Source of the DNA: the human T2T-CHM13v2.0 reference genome, Homo sapiens
Length of the DNA stretch: 64,000 nt
Assembly: GCF_009914755.1 (NCBI RefSeq)
Contig: NC_060931.1
Direction: 5' to 3' (one strand)
Of this stretch, positions 1 to 33,269 are shown piece by piece. Numbering within the stretch: the stretch's first letter is position 1; each line of letters opens with the position of its first letter. The notes beneath the pieces were generated by a model that worked only from the letters and a program-made list of their open reading frames with translations, had not been told where the DNA came from and made no database searches. The position numbers and the translations under genes are program-made.

Positions 1-2
1 GT

Positions 3-104
<102 letters not shown>

Positions 105-364
105 TTAGTGAGACCCCATCTGTCTATTTATTTTTAAAACATTAAAAATTGTTTTCAAAGAAAAAAATAAACCTAACACGTGCAAGACCAAATTCCCAAT
201 TTCGCACTCTCCCACCAAACTGGTTTCTCCCGCAGTCTTTGCCAACTCAATAAATAACAACTCCATTCTTAAAGTTCACGTAACAAAAATCCTGGAGTCA
301 TCCTTGACTCCTCTCTTTCTCTTACACACTGCATGCAAAGCATCTGCAAATCTTTTGGGTCTAC

Positions 365-4077
<3,713 letters not shown>

Positions 4078-4078
4078 T

Positions 4079-4140
4079 GGAAGGAAGGAAGGGAGGGAGG
4101 GAGGAAGGGAGGGAGGGAAGAGAGGAAGAAAGGAAGGGAA
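4079..4140. repeat. (GGAA/GGGA)n polypurine tract
   Basis: Read directly; replaces an Alu tail. Confidence 0.9.
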
Positions 4141-4904
4141 AATATGTATTATCTCAGCAAGTAAAATGCAGATGAAGGAAAAGGACAATGATCATTTGAA
4201 TGGAAGATGGATCCACTGTAATCCAGGTATGGGAGAATACTGAACACGAATGTCAAAAGAAACAGAATGTGCTGACGATCTGCAAGGCATTTCACAGAAG
4301 ACAAAGAACACAAACCATGGAGAGAAGACTAGCACAATCAAATAGTGGGAGGTGAGGAAGGTAGACAGAATTCATGATTTTGGAATCTGCACAGTTTATC
4401 ATCAGACATTCTGAGAAAGAAGGAAGTGAACTATCTCACTGGTACTGCTATATTGTCAAGTAAAATATTCAACTAGGTTAAAAGTGTCAGACATATCAAT
4501 TTGGAGGCAAGCTGCAAAAATACACAGGAAAAAAGGTCTTAGAAGTTGAGATTAGATAAACTCTTTTACGGGATACAAAGAAAACCAAAAAAGTGGAAAA
4601 TGGGTTCTAAGAGGACACTCCTGAAAAGGCAAGAAAAGGAACCGACATTCACTTATGAAATTCACACTTCCTGAATGTCTACTATGGACAGAGCATGATT
4701 CCAGTTATGGGGAAGGGGAAATGAACACACAGACAGGTCACAAATGAGCATTGGGGAAAGAGGGGAAAGCTGAGGGAGCGCTACATCATCACATCAACTG
4801 AGCATGGACTTGGGGAAATAAGGTACACCACAAGCTGTGACTCAATTCACAAGCACAGGTGGAGGACGAGGTTTTGGTATCTGAATGCCTAAAGAAATAA
4901 ATAA

Positions 4905-5254
<350 letters not shown>

Positions 5255-5459
5255 AAGTCCAAGGTATTTTTAAAGCAAGGAAGGAAAGAAAATGGAAGAT
5301 AAAAAGAATGAACATAAAAGTCTCAAGTTAATTTTTATGTCAGACTTCTGAATGCCCCAAAATGAAACAATTCTGTAAGGCCGGGAGCAGTGGCTCAGGA
5401 CTGTAATCTCAGCACTTGGGGAGGCTGAGGTGGGTGGATCACTTGAGGCCAGGAGTTCA

Positions 5460-5789
<330 letters not shown>

Positions 5790-5970
5790 CTACCAATGTA
5801 AATCAAATATAAAATAAACAAAAGAGTTCATGTATGTGTGCGGGAAGGAAAGTGATATTTGGGGGTTGGGAGGTGTTACTGAGGGTACCGAATACATATA
5901 AACAACTCTTTAGTCACTCCCAAAGGTCTGGGATGAGCATTTTTTAACATTTGATACTCTACTAACTTAC

Positions 5971-6066
5971 CAGGACTATGTTGACATGGAAATTCACCTC
6001 CCGTTATCCACAGCTCCTCTCCCTGCTCCAACTTAATGATGACGTTTGGCTTGGTGATATCATATC
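5971..6066 (-). pseudogene. KRAB-B exon, copy 1 (canonical 96 nt; acceptor mutated, only AG gives 95 nt)
   Basis: Encodes YDITKPNVIIKLEQGEELWITGGEFPCQHSP; acceptor reads taacaaG versus taacagG in copy 2; donor G|gtaagt. Confidence 0.88.
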
Positions 6067-6263
6067 TTGTTAATGGGAAAAGAAGAAGGACTTGGGCAAG
6101 TTGCTCGGCTTCAGAATCTCCGAAGTACAAGATGTTGCCACCTCATAAGCTGCATAACAGAAATGCTCCATTTTTTACCTTATCAAAGTTAGAACCTTTC
6201 AATGAAGAATAATATAAACACTGCAGCTAGTGCCCACAAGGAATTAAATGGTGTTGCCACTTA

Positions 6264-6557
<294 letters not shown>

Positions 6558-7248
6558 TTATTTTATGTTACAGATTATGGAAGGGAAATCATATTGGAAA
6601 CACATATCCTTTGGGGTCCTTTATATATATACAAAAATAAAAAGCCAAAACACAACTGAGCTCCTATTTTGCAACTGAACTGAGTTTTGGGGATATGAGA
6701 TGAGTGAAACACCATGCCTGCTCTCAGAAAGCAGACAACCTAATAAGGAGATAAACATGTAAACAAACACAAGCATTTTACTTCTTGTCACTTCTTTTAG
6801 TCTTCTTTGCTGCCAGGCGCTCCCCTTCTCCTGGACCTCTTCATGTTGGAGTGCCCACCACTCAGTTCCTGGTCTTCTTCTTCCTAACTCACTGCTCTGG
6901 GGCTCTCACCTAGTTTCAGCTCCTTGTTCTTTTGGCTCTTTTATTCTCATAGCCAGTGGCCTCTGGCTATCTGCATGACTGATTTTATCTCAAACATCTC
7001 AATCTCACAGCAATAAATATTCGTTAAATGAATGAATGCCCAAAGCTGTTATTAGAGTAATGCAGACAAGGTGCAGAATGATTTAACAAAAGAGGATCAA
7101 ATTATTTTAACTTTATGCCATCAGATTAGGCTTCACAGACTCAGTTAACTTGAAGTCCTTAAAGATGAATTGTGTATTCTATGGGATGAAGGGGAGGAAG
7201 AATATGATGAGGTGTAAAAGTACCAATGGCAAACATGAAGCAGCTTCA

Positions 7249-7374
<126 letters not shown>

Positions 7375-7403
7375 TTATCTCTGCTAAAAATAAAATTTTT
7401 TTA

Positions 7404-7676
<273 letters not shown>

Positions 7677-7949
7677 TTAGAAAAAGGAAGTGCCCAGTAA
7701 GCATGTTGCATTATCCTGTTATTTATAAAGAACATATCAACAAGGGGTTCAAACCCAGTGATACAGCTAGGACCATGTAGATCCCAAGAGATAGCAGAGG
7801 CAGAGCTGCTAGGCTGGTGGGCTGAGAAACTAAAGCAGAACATCCAAGCTTATCCACAGGCAGGCCAAAGGAGCTGATAAAATCACCGAGAGAGAGTAAT
7901 AACTTTCTGGGTTAAGTTAGTCCAGAAGGCAAGGAGGTGGTGGGGGTTA

Positions 7950-8375
7950 GAAGACTGATCGACCAATAAATAACATAAAATTACATGTCAATACCACTTA
8001 CATCAATACAAATACCCAAAATGAAACATAACCAAACAAAATCCAGTACCAGATTAAAAACATAATATACAACAGACAAATAGGACTTATTCCAACAATA
8101 TAGACTAGTTTAATATTTGGAAATCTATTAATATGATAAGCCACTATAACACAGCAAAGAAGAAAAATCTTGTATCCATGAAGATACTTGAAAAAGCTTG
8201 ACAGAAAAAGCTGATTTAAAAAAACAAACTAAAGAAAATAGAAACTGATGGATACTTCATTAACATCAATATTATATACACAAATATAAATATTACACCC
8301 TAATATGCCATAGTACGTATGATATGTGACATATGTATTTCAATTACACACAAGCACATATATACAGTTTGCGTG

Positions 8376-8421
<46 letters not shown>

Positions 8422-8910
8422 TATGCCTCAGTCTTCTCGGTCCGAAAGTCAGGATTTTACTTAACAGGGAAAAACTACATATCTTCCCACTAAGATCAAG
8501 AACAAGGTATTAATAAAATGCTCATTATCTACAATTAGAGAAGAGAAAACAATTAGAGGAATATAACTAAGAAAAAGTAAAAGTGCTTGGGCACGGTGGC
8601 TCACGCCTGTAATCCCAACACTTTAGAAGGCCGAGGCGGGCAGATCACCTGAGGTCAGGAGTTCAAGACCAGCCTGGTCAACATGGTGAAACCCTATCTC
8701 TACTAAAAATCCAAAAACAACAACAAAATTAGTTGTAGTATTAAGGTCAACTTAATAATACAGAGATACCAGTTTCCCTAAATTACTTTATAAATATGCA
8801 ATCCCAATAAAAATACCAAAAAGCTTTTTCCTGGAACTAGATAAGCTGACACTACAGTTCATATGAGGTGGAAGAAAATCAAAAATAGCTCAGGGAAAAA
8901 AAAATTTGGA
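7950..8910 (+). mobile_element. L1 ORF2 RT-region fragments with embedded (CA)n and Alu; paralog at ~49070-50340
   Basis: cccactaagatcaagaacaagg, gcaatcccaataaaaatacca and gaactagataagctga are L1 ORF2-like. Confidence 0.7.
8378..8418. repeat. (CA)n microsatellite, ~20 units; interrupted in copy B (~49496-49537)
   Basis: Read directly. Confidence 0.95.
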
Positions 8911-9269
8911 CATGGATAAAACTGGACCCAGGCCAGGTGTGGTGGCTCATGCCTGTAATCCCAGCACTCTGGAAAGCTGAGGCAGAAGGATTGCTTGAGG
9001 CCAGGAGCTTGAGACCAGCCTTGGCAACATAGCAAGACCCTGTCTCTACAAAGAAAAAAATATATATATTAGAAAAAACATATAGACAGAGACATGAGGA
9101 CTTCTGCCCTCAGGTGTGATAAATTAACAAGTACTGGATATACCCTCCAACCTGAAACAGCACACACCAAAGAACAACAAAATCAAAAACAGAAAGAAAA
9201 ATAAAACAAGAACATATACGAAAGCAATGATTTGTTTTTTTGTTTTTGTTTTTGTTTTTTGTTTTTTGA

Positions 9270-9485
<216 letters not shown>

Positions 9486-9549
9486 TGATCCGCCCACCTT
9501 AGCCTTGTTGTTGTTGCTGTGATTACAGGTATGAGCCACCACGCCTGGG

Positions 9550-12500
<2,951 letters not shown>

Positions 12501-13810
12501 ATGCTATCAAATATATATGTATATATTTGCTATCAAACATATATTATATGTATATATTTGCTATCATATATATCAAATATATTTCAAAAGGACTCAGAAA
12601 CCAACTTAAAGGGATTCCGTCTGGCCAAAGATGGAACCACTTAATTTTCAAAAAGAATCACAACTTCTATGTACTGAAATATTTACTATCTGTTTAAACC
12701 CATGAGCTCATGATGGTAACAAAACAAAATACCCTCCTGCTTAAAAGCCTACTCAATATTTTAGAAACTGTCTTTCCTGCATGAATTACATAAACAAATA
12801 GAGAATAGAAATTTATCTTTAGAAAAGTATTCTAGGCCAGCCGTGGTGGCTCATGCCTATAATCCCAACACTGGGAGGTTAAAGAAGAGGATCACTTGAG
12901 CCCAGTTCAAGACCAGCCTGGGCAACATAGAGAAACCTGTCTCTACTAAAAATTAAAAAATCAGCTGGGCATTGTGGCATATGACTATACTCCCAGCTAC
13001 TTGGGAGGCTGAAGTGGGAGGATCACTTGAGCACAGGAGTTTGAGGCTGCAGTGAGCCATAAACGTGCCAGCCTAGGCGACAGAGTGAGACTCTGTCTCC
13101 AAAAAAAGAAAAGAAAAGTATTTTGGCTAGTAAATAAAGAACAAATGGTAGAATTAGCAGATCACCATTTTGCCTCCCCTAATGAAGGCAAATCACAGCA
13201 ATAGTAAATCACAGCAATAATCAAGTCAATAGTTCTTAACTTCACAAAAACAAAGAAGGTAACACGTGCCTCCAGAAGTAGACAAATGCCACGTATGGTA
13301 TAGTTGTGTGAAAAGAACTGAACATAAACCTGATTAGACTTCCAGATCAAACTACCAATTTTACCAAGACATACAAGATATTTTTAAAAAATGTGCTAAA
13401 GGTGAAACAAGGGTAACATAATCCAAACTGAGGATAACCAACCCAGTTTCTTCAAAACAATGAGCACGCAGGAGACATACTATGGGAACTATTAAAAGAT
13501 TTAACCCAACTGCCACATGTATTAAGAAAGACAGTATTATGGGTTATTCCTAGCCCCTTTTAAAAAGATTCCTTATTGGTCAGGTGTGGTGGCTTACACC
13601 TGTAATCCTACCACTTTGGGAGGCTAAAGTGAAAGGACTGCTTGAGGCCAGGAGTTTGAGACCAGCCTGAGCAATACAGTGAGAATACATTTCTAGGCCG
13701 GGAGCAGTGGCTCACGCCTATAATCCTAGCACTTTGGGACACCGAGGCGGGCAGACTGCCTGAGCTCAGGAGTTCGACATGCATGACACGGTGAAAGCCA
13801 GTCTCTACTA

Positions 13811-13966
<156 letters not shown>

Positions 13967-14654
13967 CTATCTCAAAAAAAGAAAAAAAGAAACAAAACAA
14001 AACAGACTTCACCATTTAAAGACAAACAAATACTTACAGATGAATCTTTTTAAAAGCCAAGAAAAGAGAGACTCCATGGAGAAAATATCAGTTTGGAAGT
14101 AACGGATGTCAAAGGCAGACAAAGGGTACTGTGAGGAAGGGGCTAGGAAATGCCCACTGGATTTGACTGCAATTAAATCACTGGTCACCTTTACTGACTG
14201 ACTTAGCAAAGTGAAAAGGACAAAACGAAAACACGGAGAAGTGAAATGAGAAACAGAAATGAGGAAATCTTCACAAGAGAGTAACTGTTTGTATTGTTTG
14301 CTGTGCAACCCGAACAAAAAGACGAACAAATATTTGACGGATGATCACGTCATTCATTCCCCCCATGATCTAGGACTCAACAGTAAAAACAGAATTGTTT
14401 ACTTGGATCACGATATTTCCGTCCCTGGAAAAATTATATGCACCAAGTTCTCCTTGGGCAGCAGGCCCTCTGCTTACATAAGCACCAAGAATAAGCCATA
14501 AGTTACAGTAATTTAATGGTTGTTGTTAGGAAAGCTATCCACAATTATATCAACTTGAATGAAGAAATTTTTCCAAGTCCCAGAAAATCTTTTAAGTCCA
14601 CAAGTAACAAAACTGGTTTCTCCTTATAATCAATGCAAACGATGTCATGGATGG

Positions 14655-14913
14655 TGATATGGTTTCGGTGTGTGTCGCCTCCCAAATCTCATGTTCAATT
14701 GTAATCCCCAATGTTCCCTCTTCCTCCTGCTCTGGTGATGGAAGATGCACCCACTTTCCCTTCACCTTTCACTTGACTGTAAGTTTCCTGAGGACTCCTC
14801 AGCCACGCTTCCTATGATAGAGCCTGCAGACGTGAGCCAATTAAACCTCTTTTCTTTATAAATTACCCAGTCTTGGTTATTTCTCTATAGCAGTGTGAGA
14901 ATGGACTAATACA
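14655..14913 (+). mobile_element. MaLR (MSTA-like) solo LTR, internally deleted; TSD GATGG
   Basis: TGATATGGTTT...GGACTAATACA termini, ATTAAA signal and 5-bp TSD; ~116 bp shorter than the copy B paralog. Confidence 0.85.
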
Positions 14914-15089
14914 GATGGCATTTTCCTTTTGTGATGACTGCCAAGAGTATCAGTCCTAGGTGCGGCTCAATTTCAACAGCCTTAAAATATACTACCCATA
15001 CATACAAGCTTCACAAATCATTTTTGGTGCTGATCTGCCACACTAACTATATTTTACAGGATAATGTCTATTTCCACATTCCCATTTTA

Positions 15090-15236
<147 letters not shown>

Positions 15237-15279
15237 TTAGCTGGGCATGGTGGCCCACGCCTGTAATCCCTGCTACTCA

Positions 15280-15414
<135 letters not shown>

Positions 15415-15481
15415 TTACAAACCTCTTAAAATGCATCATAAAATAAAGTTGAGGAACATATACACAAGCAGGAAAACTCAC

Positions 15482-15540
15482 CTGCAATGTGTTCATTTTC
15501 TGCTGCTCTTGGAAACATGCAGAGACTGTGGCTGATAGAC
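15482..15540 (-). CDS. KRAB-ZNF-type start exon, copy 1 (ATG at 15496, MNTLQ)
   Basis: cccctctag|GTCTATC...aaaATGAACACATTGCAG|gtgagt. Confidence 0.85.
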
Positions 15541-16839
15541 CTAGAGGGGCAGAAGCAGGTCACTGAAGTCATGAGGGCTCCGGCCTGCAAAGGCAGAAAT
15601 CACCTGCATAAGAACCGCAAAAGAAAGCTCAATAGGCTAACACCCTGTGAACACTCAACCTGCAAACACTCAGAAGGGTCTAAAAGAGTGATACAGGGTT
15701 TCACCATGTTGGCCAGGCTGGTCTCAAATTCTGGCCTCAAGTGATCCGCCTGCCTGGGCCAACATGGCAAAACCCCGTCTCTACTTAAAAATAACAAAAA
15801 AAATTAGCCAGGCATAGAGTCACATGCCTGTAGTCCCAGCTACTCAGGAGGCTGAGGCACGAGAATCCTTTGAACCTGGGAGGTGGAAGTTGCAGTGAGC
15901 CGAGACCACGCTGTTGCATTCCAGACTGGGTGAGAGACACTGTCTCAAAAAAAAAAAAAAAAAAAAAAAAGAGTGATAGGGGAAGCATGCGCCTGTAACT
16001 CTAAGATAATCAGGTAGTAATTAGATGAGTTAGACTCTCATGGGTAACATGACTCCTTTTACAAATAGTCTGCCATCATCATCAAATACAAGGCGCAAAA
16101 AGAAAAAAAATTCCCATTATACGGCTCATGTTTTTTGTGGTTTGTTGGTTGAGACAGGGTCTCAATCTGCCACCCAGGCTGGAGTGCAGTGGTGCATTCA
16201 CGGCTCTCTGCAGCCTCGACCTCCTGGGCTCCATCCATCCTCCCACTTCAGCCTCCTGAGTAGCTGGGACCACAGATGCATCCCAGCATGCCTGGCGACT
16301 TTTGTATTTTTTGTAGTCAGGGTGTCCCCATGTTGTCTAGGCTGGTCTCTAACTCCTGGTCTCAAGGGATACTCTTGCCCTAGCCCCGCAAAATGCTCGG
16401 ATTACAGGTGTGAGCCACTGCATCCCGCCCGCATTTTCTTATTGTCTCTTTAAACTGCTTAAAATAAAATAAGCCATAGGAATTGAGTATGTGAGCTCTC
16501 AGAAATGAAATGAATGTGTATAAAATATGGTTTTGTTTCTAAATTATCTAACTGAACTTGGTTATTGCTGCACCTAATAATCTTCTATTAAGAAAACTAG
16601 GATACGGGAGAAATAACACTGGCCTGGGAGATAAGTCTCCTGGGTTCTACTATGAGCAGCTCTACCCACAAAGCCGGTGACCTGGTCAAGTCACCCACCT
16701 AAGGCCCAGTCTCTTCCCCTAGCAACTGAGGCAGCAGCAGAGAATCCCTGCAGACTGTTCCTGCATTACTACGATTCTCCCAGGGCAGGTCTAAGGGGGG
16801 GGATCAGCAGACACTTAAGTGAGAGAATAGAAGTGCTGA

Positions 16840-17760
16840 CGGACGTTTAGAGGCGGTCGAAATCTGGAGCACGGAGAGGAGGAGGAAGGACTGTTAGGGG
16901 TTAGCGGGGAGTGGAGACGACGTCCGCAGCTGAGGGTGGTGACACCCTCCACGCCTCCGTAAGCCTCGTCCTCCCAGATCTTCCCATGCAGCACCTGTTC
17001 GGTGCAGCCGGACCCTGCCCTCAAACCCAACACATGTCTCTCCGGCAAGCAATCGGGACCCTCCCTCTGCCCCACACTCAAAGGTCCCCAACACAAGGTG
17101 ACTTCACCCAGGCCCTTCTCGCTCCGGGCCCAAAAACCCAAGACTTACCCTCCTGGGGCTCCGCAGCCTCTGCCCCACGGCTCCCGAGAGGCCGGGGCGG
17201 GCTGCTGTCGCTGGCGCGCGCGTCTGCTCGCGAAGTCCCCTCCTGTCCACCTCACCAAGGCTGTTCTGCTCCCGAGGGGCCCGGGCCGGGCCTACGGGGC
17301 AAATCCAGGCGGGTGTCCTTCTCGGGGCCCAGATCCGCCTCCCTGGGGCTCCCGGCCCCTCTGGCCCCAGCGCCGCCGGCTCCGGGGTTCACGCTCGGGG
17401 GTCCCAGCTCGAGCCTCTACCCGGCCCGCGCGAACCCTGGGCCGCACAGCTCCCGCCCGCCTAGGTGCTGGTCCGGGCGGTCAGCATCCAGCCCCGCAGA
17501 CTCGGTGATTCTCGTCCACTAGAAGCCAAAGCCTGGGAACGAGAGCAAGCGATGACCTGAAGAGGCACAGGAAGCGAGGGCAGTGCGGAGGTGGCGCGCA
17601 TGTGCGAACACGCACGCAGGGAGAGGTGCACAAGCGCAGGAGTGCACCGGAAGTCCGCCTCCCGGGACACCCACCGCGGGTCCCAGGACAAGTAACGGAC
17701 TCTATTTCCCAGGAGCCTACGCGCTCCCCCAGTTTTGGGGCCGTCTTAAATGTCTCTACC
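16840..17760 (-). promoter_or_regulatory. CpG-island promoter/exon 1 of KRAB module copy 1 (donor at 17149), driving transcription leftward out of the window
   Basis: CpG-dense; donor CAGGAGG|gtaagt; NRF1-like GCGCATGTGCG at 17596-17606; CCGGAAGT at 17647-17654; ZNF143-like ACTCTATTTCCCAGGAGCC at 17699-17717. Confidence 0.85.
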
Positions 17761-17902
17761 CTGCCTAAAGGTTAAGAAGCTCCAGGCTATGAGCTTTGGC
17801 AGCCCTGAACCCCGGACTGAACTTCACCTTTGTCTTTACTCCCTTTTAGGGTCAAATCCAGGGCTCCGTTACTGGGTCCTGGAGCCCAAGTCCTCTGGGT
17901 TA

Positions 17903-18334
<432 letters not shown>

Positions 18335-18452
18335 TCACACAGCGAATGCCTAAAAACCGTAGAGAAATAAGGACATACACACACAAACTGAACGAGGAAG
18401 AGATACCTGTGATCCTACCTTCCCCAGGAGGATTATGTTTAGGGTTAGGTTA

Positions 18453-19661
<1,209 letters not shown>

Positions 19662-19860
19662 ATTAAAATGTCAATTTTCAAAAATGGGATCATAAAGACA
19701 ATGATTCATCACAATTTTTTGGTGAAATCTAACAGTGTTCTTGCCCAGTTGTTTCATAAAAACTGGTAAGGAAAAGACTAAAAATAAATTCTTCTGAAGC
19801 CAGGTGCAGTGGCTCACGCCTGTAATCCCAGCACTTTGGGAGGCCGAGGCCGGCGGATCA

Positions 19861-22002
<2,142 letters not shown>

Positions 22003-22950
22003 TCAAAAAATAAAAAAATAAAAAATAAAAAACAAAAACAAAGAGCCTCTTTTCCCTCTCCCTGCCACAGAGTTGTCTTCAGTAATTTCATTCCCTTTTT
22101 TCCTGAGGGTTCACTGGGTTTCTGGGTCCCAGAAGGGGAAGTTCTCTTCAAGGTACAGAAACCACAACTCCACAGAGTACCGCAGAGACGGCAGCATGAC
22201 CAGACCCTGGCCAGGTTTGGGGAGGCTGCTGGGCTGAGACTTGGGCTGAACTTCCGCTGCAGGTCGACTTATTCCCATCAGCACCAAAGCTGCTGGAGGG
22301 GGTCATCCAAAAGCAAAGGAAGCAGGGGTGCAGCTTGGAGGCTGTTTCAGAAGGTCCCACTGAGCCAAGGACTCAAGGCCTGGCCACAGCCCTCCCAAGC
22401 GAGGCCCAGATCATATTTCACCATGCTCAGAAAACCTTGTCTACTCATTTCAGTCCACAGTGATTTTGCTTTCTTTAGGATCTCTCTTGAACTGTCCAAC
22501 CCAGAGAGTTTCAAATCGGAATGGATTCCAATGATGGAGCTAAATCAGGCCCCACCTCAGTTTTTGAATTACAATCAATAGGGCTGGGTCCCAGCAACTG
22601 TATCTTAATGTTCCTCCATGTGATCCTCATGCTGAAAGGCTGGTATTTGCAAATCCCTTTTTTTGGGGAGTGGTTTTTTTTTTAGAGAGAGGCCTCACTC
22701 TGATGCCCAGCCTGGAATGCAGTGGTGGATCACAGCTCACTGCAGCCTTGAACCCCTGGCCGCAAGAAATCCTCCCACCTTAGCCAACCAAAGTGTTGGG
22801 ATTGCAGGAGTGGCCACTGTGTCTGGCCAGGAAAGCCCTTCTGTTTCACTTGAATGATATTTCTGCAGCATACCTACAGCCATTGTTGTATTCAACTGCA
22901 TCACTGCGGAGAAAAAAAAGGTGAGAGGTGACTGTTTTGCTTTTTTCTGA

Positions 22951-23115
<165 letters not shown>

Positions 23116-23883
23116 TAAGTAGCTGGGATTACAGATGTGCACCCCCACGCCCAGCTCATTTTTTCTGTATTTTTAGTAGAGACGGATTTAAACATGTTGG
23201 ACAGGCTGGTCTCGAACTTCTGACCTCTGGTGATCTGTCTGCCTCTGCTTCTTAAAGTGGTAGGATTACAGGCATGAGCCACCGCGCCTGGTTTGCCAAT
23301 TTTTTGACAACATATCAACATCATTTACGATGGGCATGGCCTCAGTGTAGTGTGTCTAGACAAGGTGGCCGGAAGAGAGAGGAATATGCAAACCAGGCTT
23401 GAAGATGGGTTAAATCAGAGATTTTCATTCCACAAAAGAGAAATTTTAATGGGGTCAGAACATTGATCTTCTAATATTTGAAAGCCTGTTAACTAGGAGA
23501 GAGAGAGCAAACGATTTTGTTGTAGAAGGACCCACCCAGCTCTGACGGTTTAAAGCATCATGAATGCGAATTTGAACTCCAGAAAAGCAGAGCTTCCTAA
23601 CAATGGGACTTCCACAGCAATGGGATCTGCTTCCTCTTTCAGTGTGTGCCTTTTCTATGAGCGAGAGACTCCTAGGAAAGCAGCAGCCCATTAGGAAAAC
23701 GTGTGGGAACTCACTCGCAGGTTCTTTATTTTTTTTGAGATGGAGTTTTGCTCGTTGCCCAGACTGGAGCACAATGGTGCGATCTTGGCTCCCTGCAACC
23801 TGCGCACCATGAGTTCAAGTGATTCTCCAGCGCCCTCTCCTGAGTAGCTGCGATTACAGGCATCCACCACCATGCCTGGCTAA

Positions 23884-24006
<123 letters not shown>

Positions 24007-24774
24007 TGAGCCCAGCCGGGAACCCACAGGTTTTTTGGATGGTCTCTGAATGTCATGTAACTCTTTTATTTTTTATCAAAAAAAATTTTTTTGACACAAT
24101 ATCTTGCTGTGTTGCCCAGACGGGAGTGCAGTGGCAAGATCATGGCTCACTGCAGCTTCTAACTCCTGGGCTCAAGTGATCTTCCTGTCACGAGTCTCCC
24201 AAGTAGTTGGAACACAGGTGCCAGCCACCACACCTGGCTAATTTGGTTTGGTTTTGTTTTTTTAGAGATGGGCTCTTACTATGTTGCCTATACTGGTCTT
24301 GAACTGCTGGCCTCAGGCAATCTTCCTCCCTTGGCCACCCAAAGTGCTGGGATTACAAGCATGAGCCACTGTGCACAGCTGAAATTTTCGACTTAGTCTT
24401 TTTGTACATGTGATATTTTATTCATAGAATCCATAAATGGAAGGGAAATTTCTGAGTTCAGAGCAATACATATGATACAAAACTTGATATATAGACTAGA
24501 GTTTCTTAGCCGAACTGGAGGGGCTGGCTTAGGTAATCCATGGATTCCCTGAAATTGGGGACACCATTGGAAATATGTGTGAGCTCAGGGGCAGTTTCCT
24601 ATGATTTTTAGGCCTCAAAATGTCTCTTGGACTCAAAATTGCCTTAGGGCAGAGGACATGTGTACCCCCAGTATAGAATCTCGGACAGTGAATGTGAGTA
24701 AACATTCGGCAGAAAAGCTCTGCCAAACTGAGTGCTCTGATGTGACTTTTTCATCAAGTCAGTATTCCTGGGAT

Positions 24775-24905
24775 CTCTTGTACATGATAATCTCACTCTT
24801 GTACATGATAATCTCACTCTTGTACATGATAATCTCACTCTTGTACATGATAATCTCACTCTTGTACATGATAATCTCACTCTTGTACATGATAATCTCA
24901 CTCTT
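24775..24905. repeat. Perfect 21-bp minisatellite (CTCTTGTACATGATAATCTCA) x6 + 5 nt
   Basis: Six identical units read directly. Confidence 0.97.
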
Positions 24906-25389
24906 ATAAGGTTTCATCATTTCTGCTTACCCTAGTTTTCTTTCCCACTCTGTTCCCTCTCCCACCAGACTGGACTCTGAAATGGGCATGTACAGAGACA
25001 AAGAGACCCCAACATGCTTCAGGCTTTGAGTGGAGAGGACACAGCCTCTGCTGGGACAGGGAACAGAGGGATGTGGAGTCCCTGAAGATGCTTTTGGACA
25101 ATGGTCTGAGGTTGGGACAGTGGCAGGAGATACCATTCACCCAGGATCTCCAGGACAAGAGATCAGCCTGGCAGTTACATGTGTTTTTTTTCAAACTGGT
25201 TGCCAGGTTGGCATGAGCGATGACATCAGAGATTCCGACCATCCTGATTGGAGGGACCAGACTCCGTGGTGCCTGGAGATCAGTTGGACAACAGTATCTT
25301 CTCAGAGCTGTTCTCCACTCCTGACTTCTCCTAGGCTTGAGAATTGATAACATACTCTTCTGGATCCTAGCAGTGTCCAGAAGAAGGCC

Positions 25390-33269
<7,880 letters not shown>

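Noticed and set aside
16911-17522. 203-aa and 168-aa plus-strand ORFs in the CpG island
   Set aside because: GC-rich stop-poor sequence; the frames are not preserved in the paralog at 58.6-59.3 kb; no recognisable domain.
23460-23720. Possible upstream SPDYE exon or captured coding exon
   Set aside because: Only a weak donor (CAG|gttctt), stops in the frames examined, and no recognisable homology; cannot be supported without transcript data.
24601-24909. ORFs with (LLYMIIS)n / (RLSCTRV)n repeats, and a CRISPR-like interpretation
   Set aside because: Translation of a 21-bp minisatellite; units are contiguous with no spacers, and the DNA is eukaryotic.
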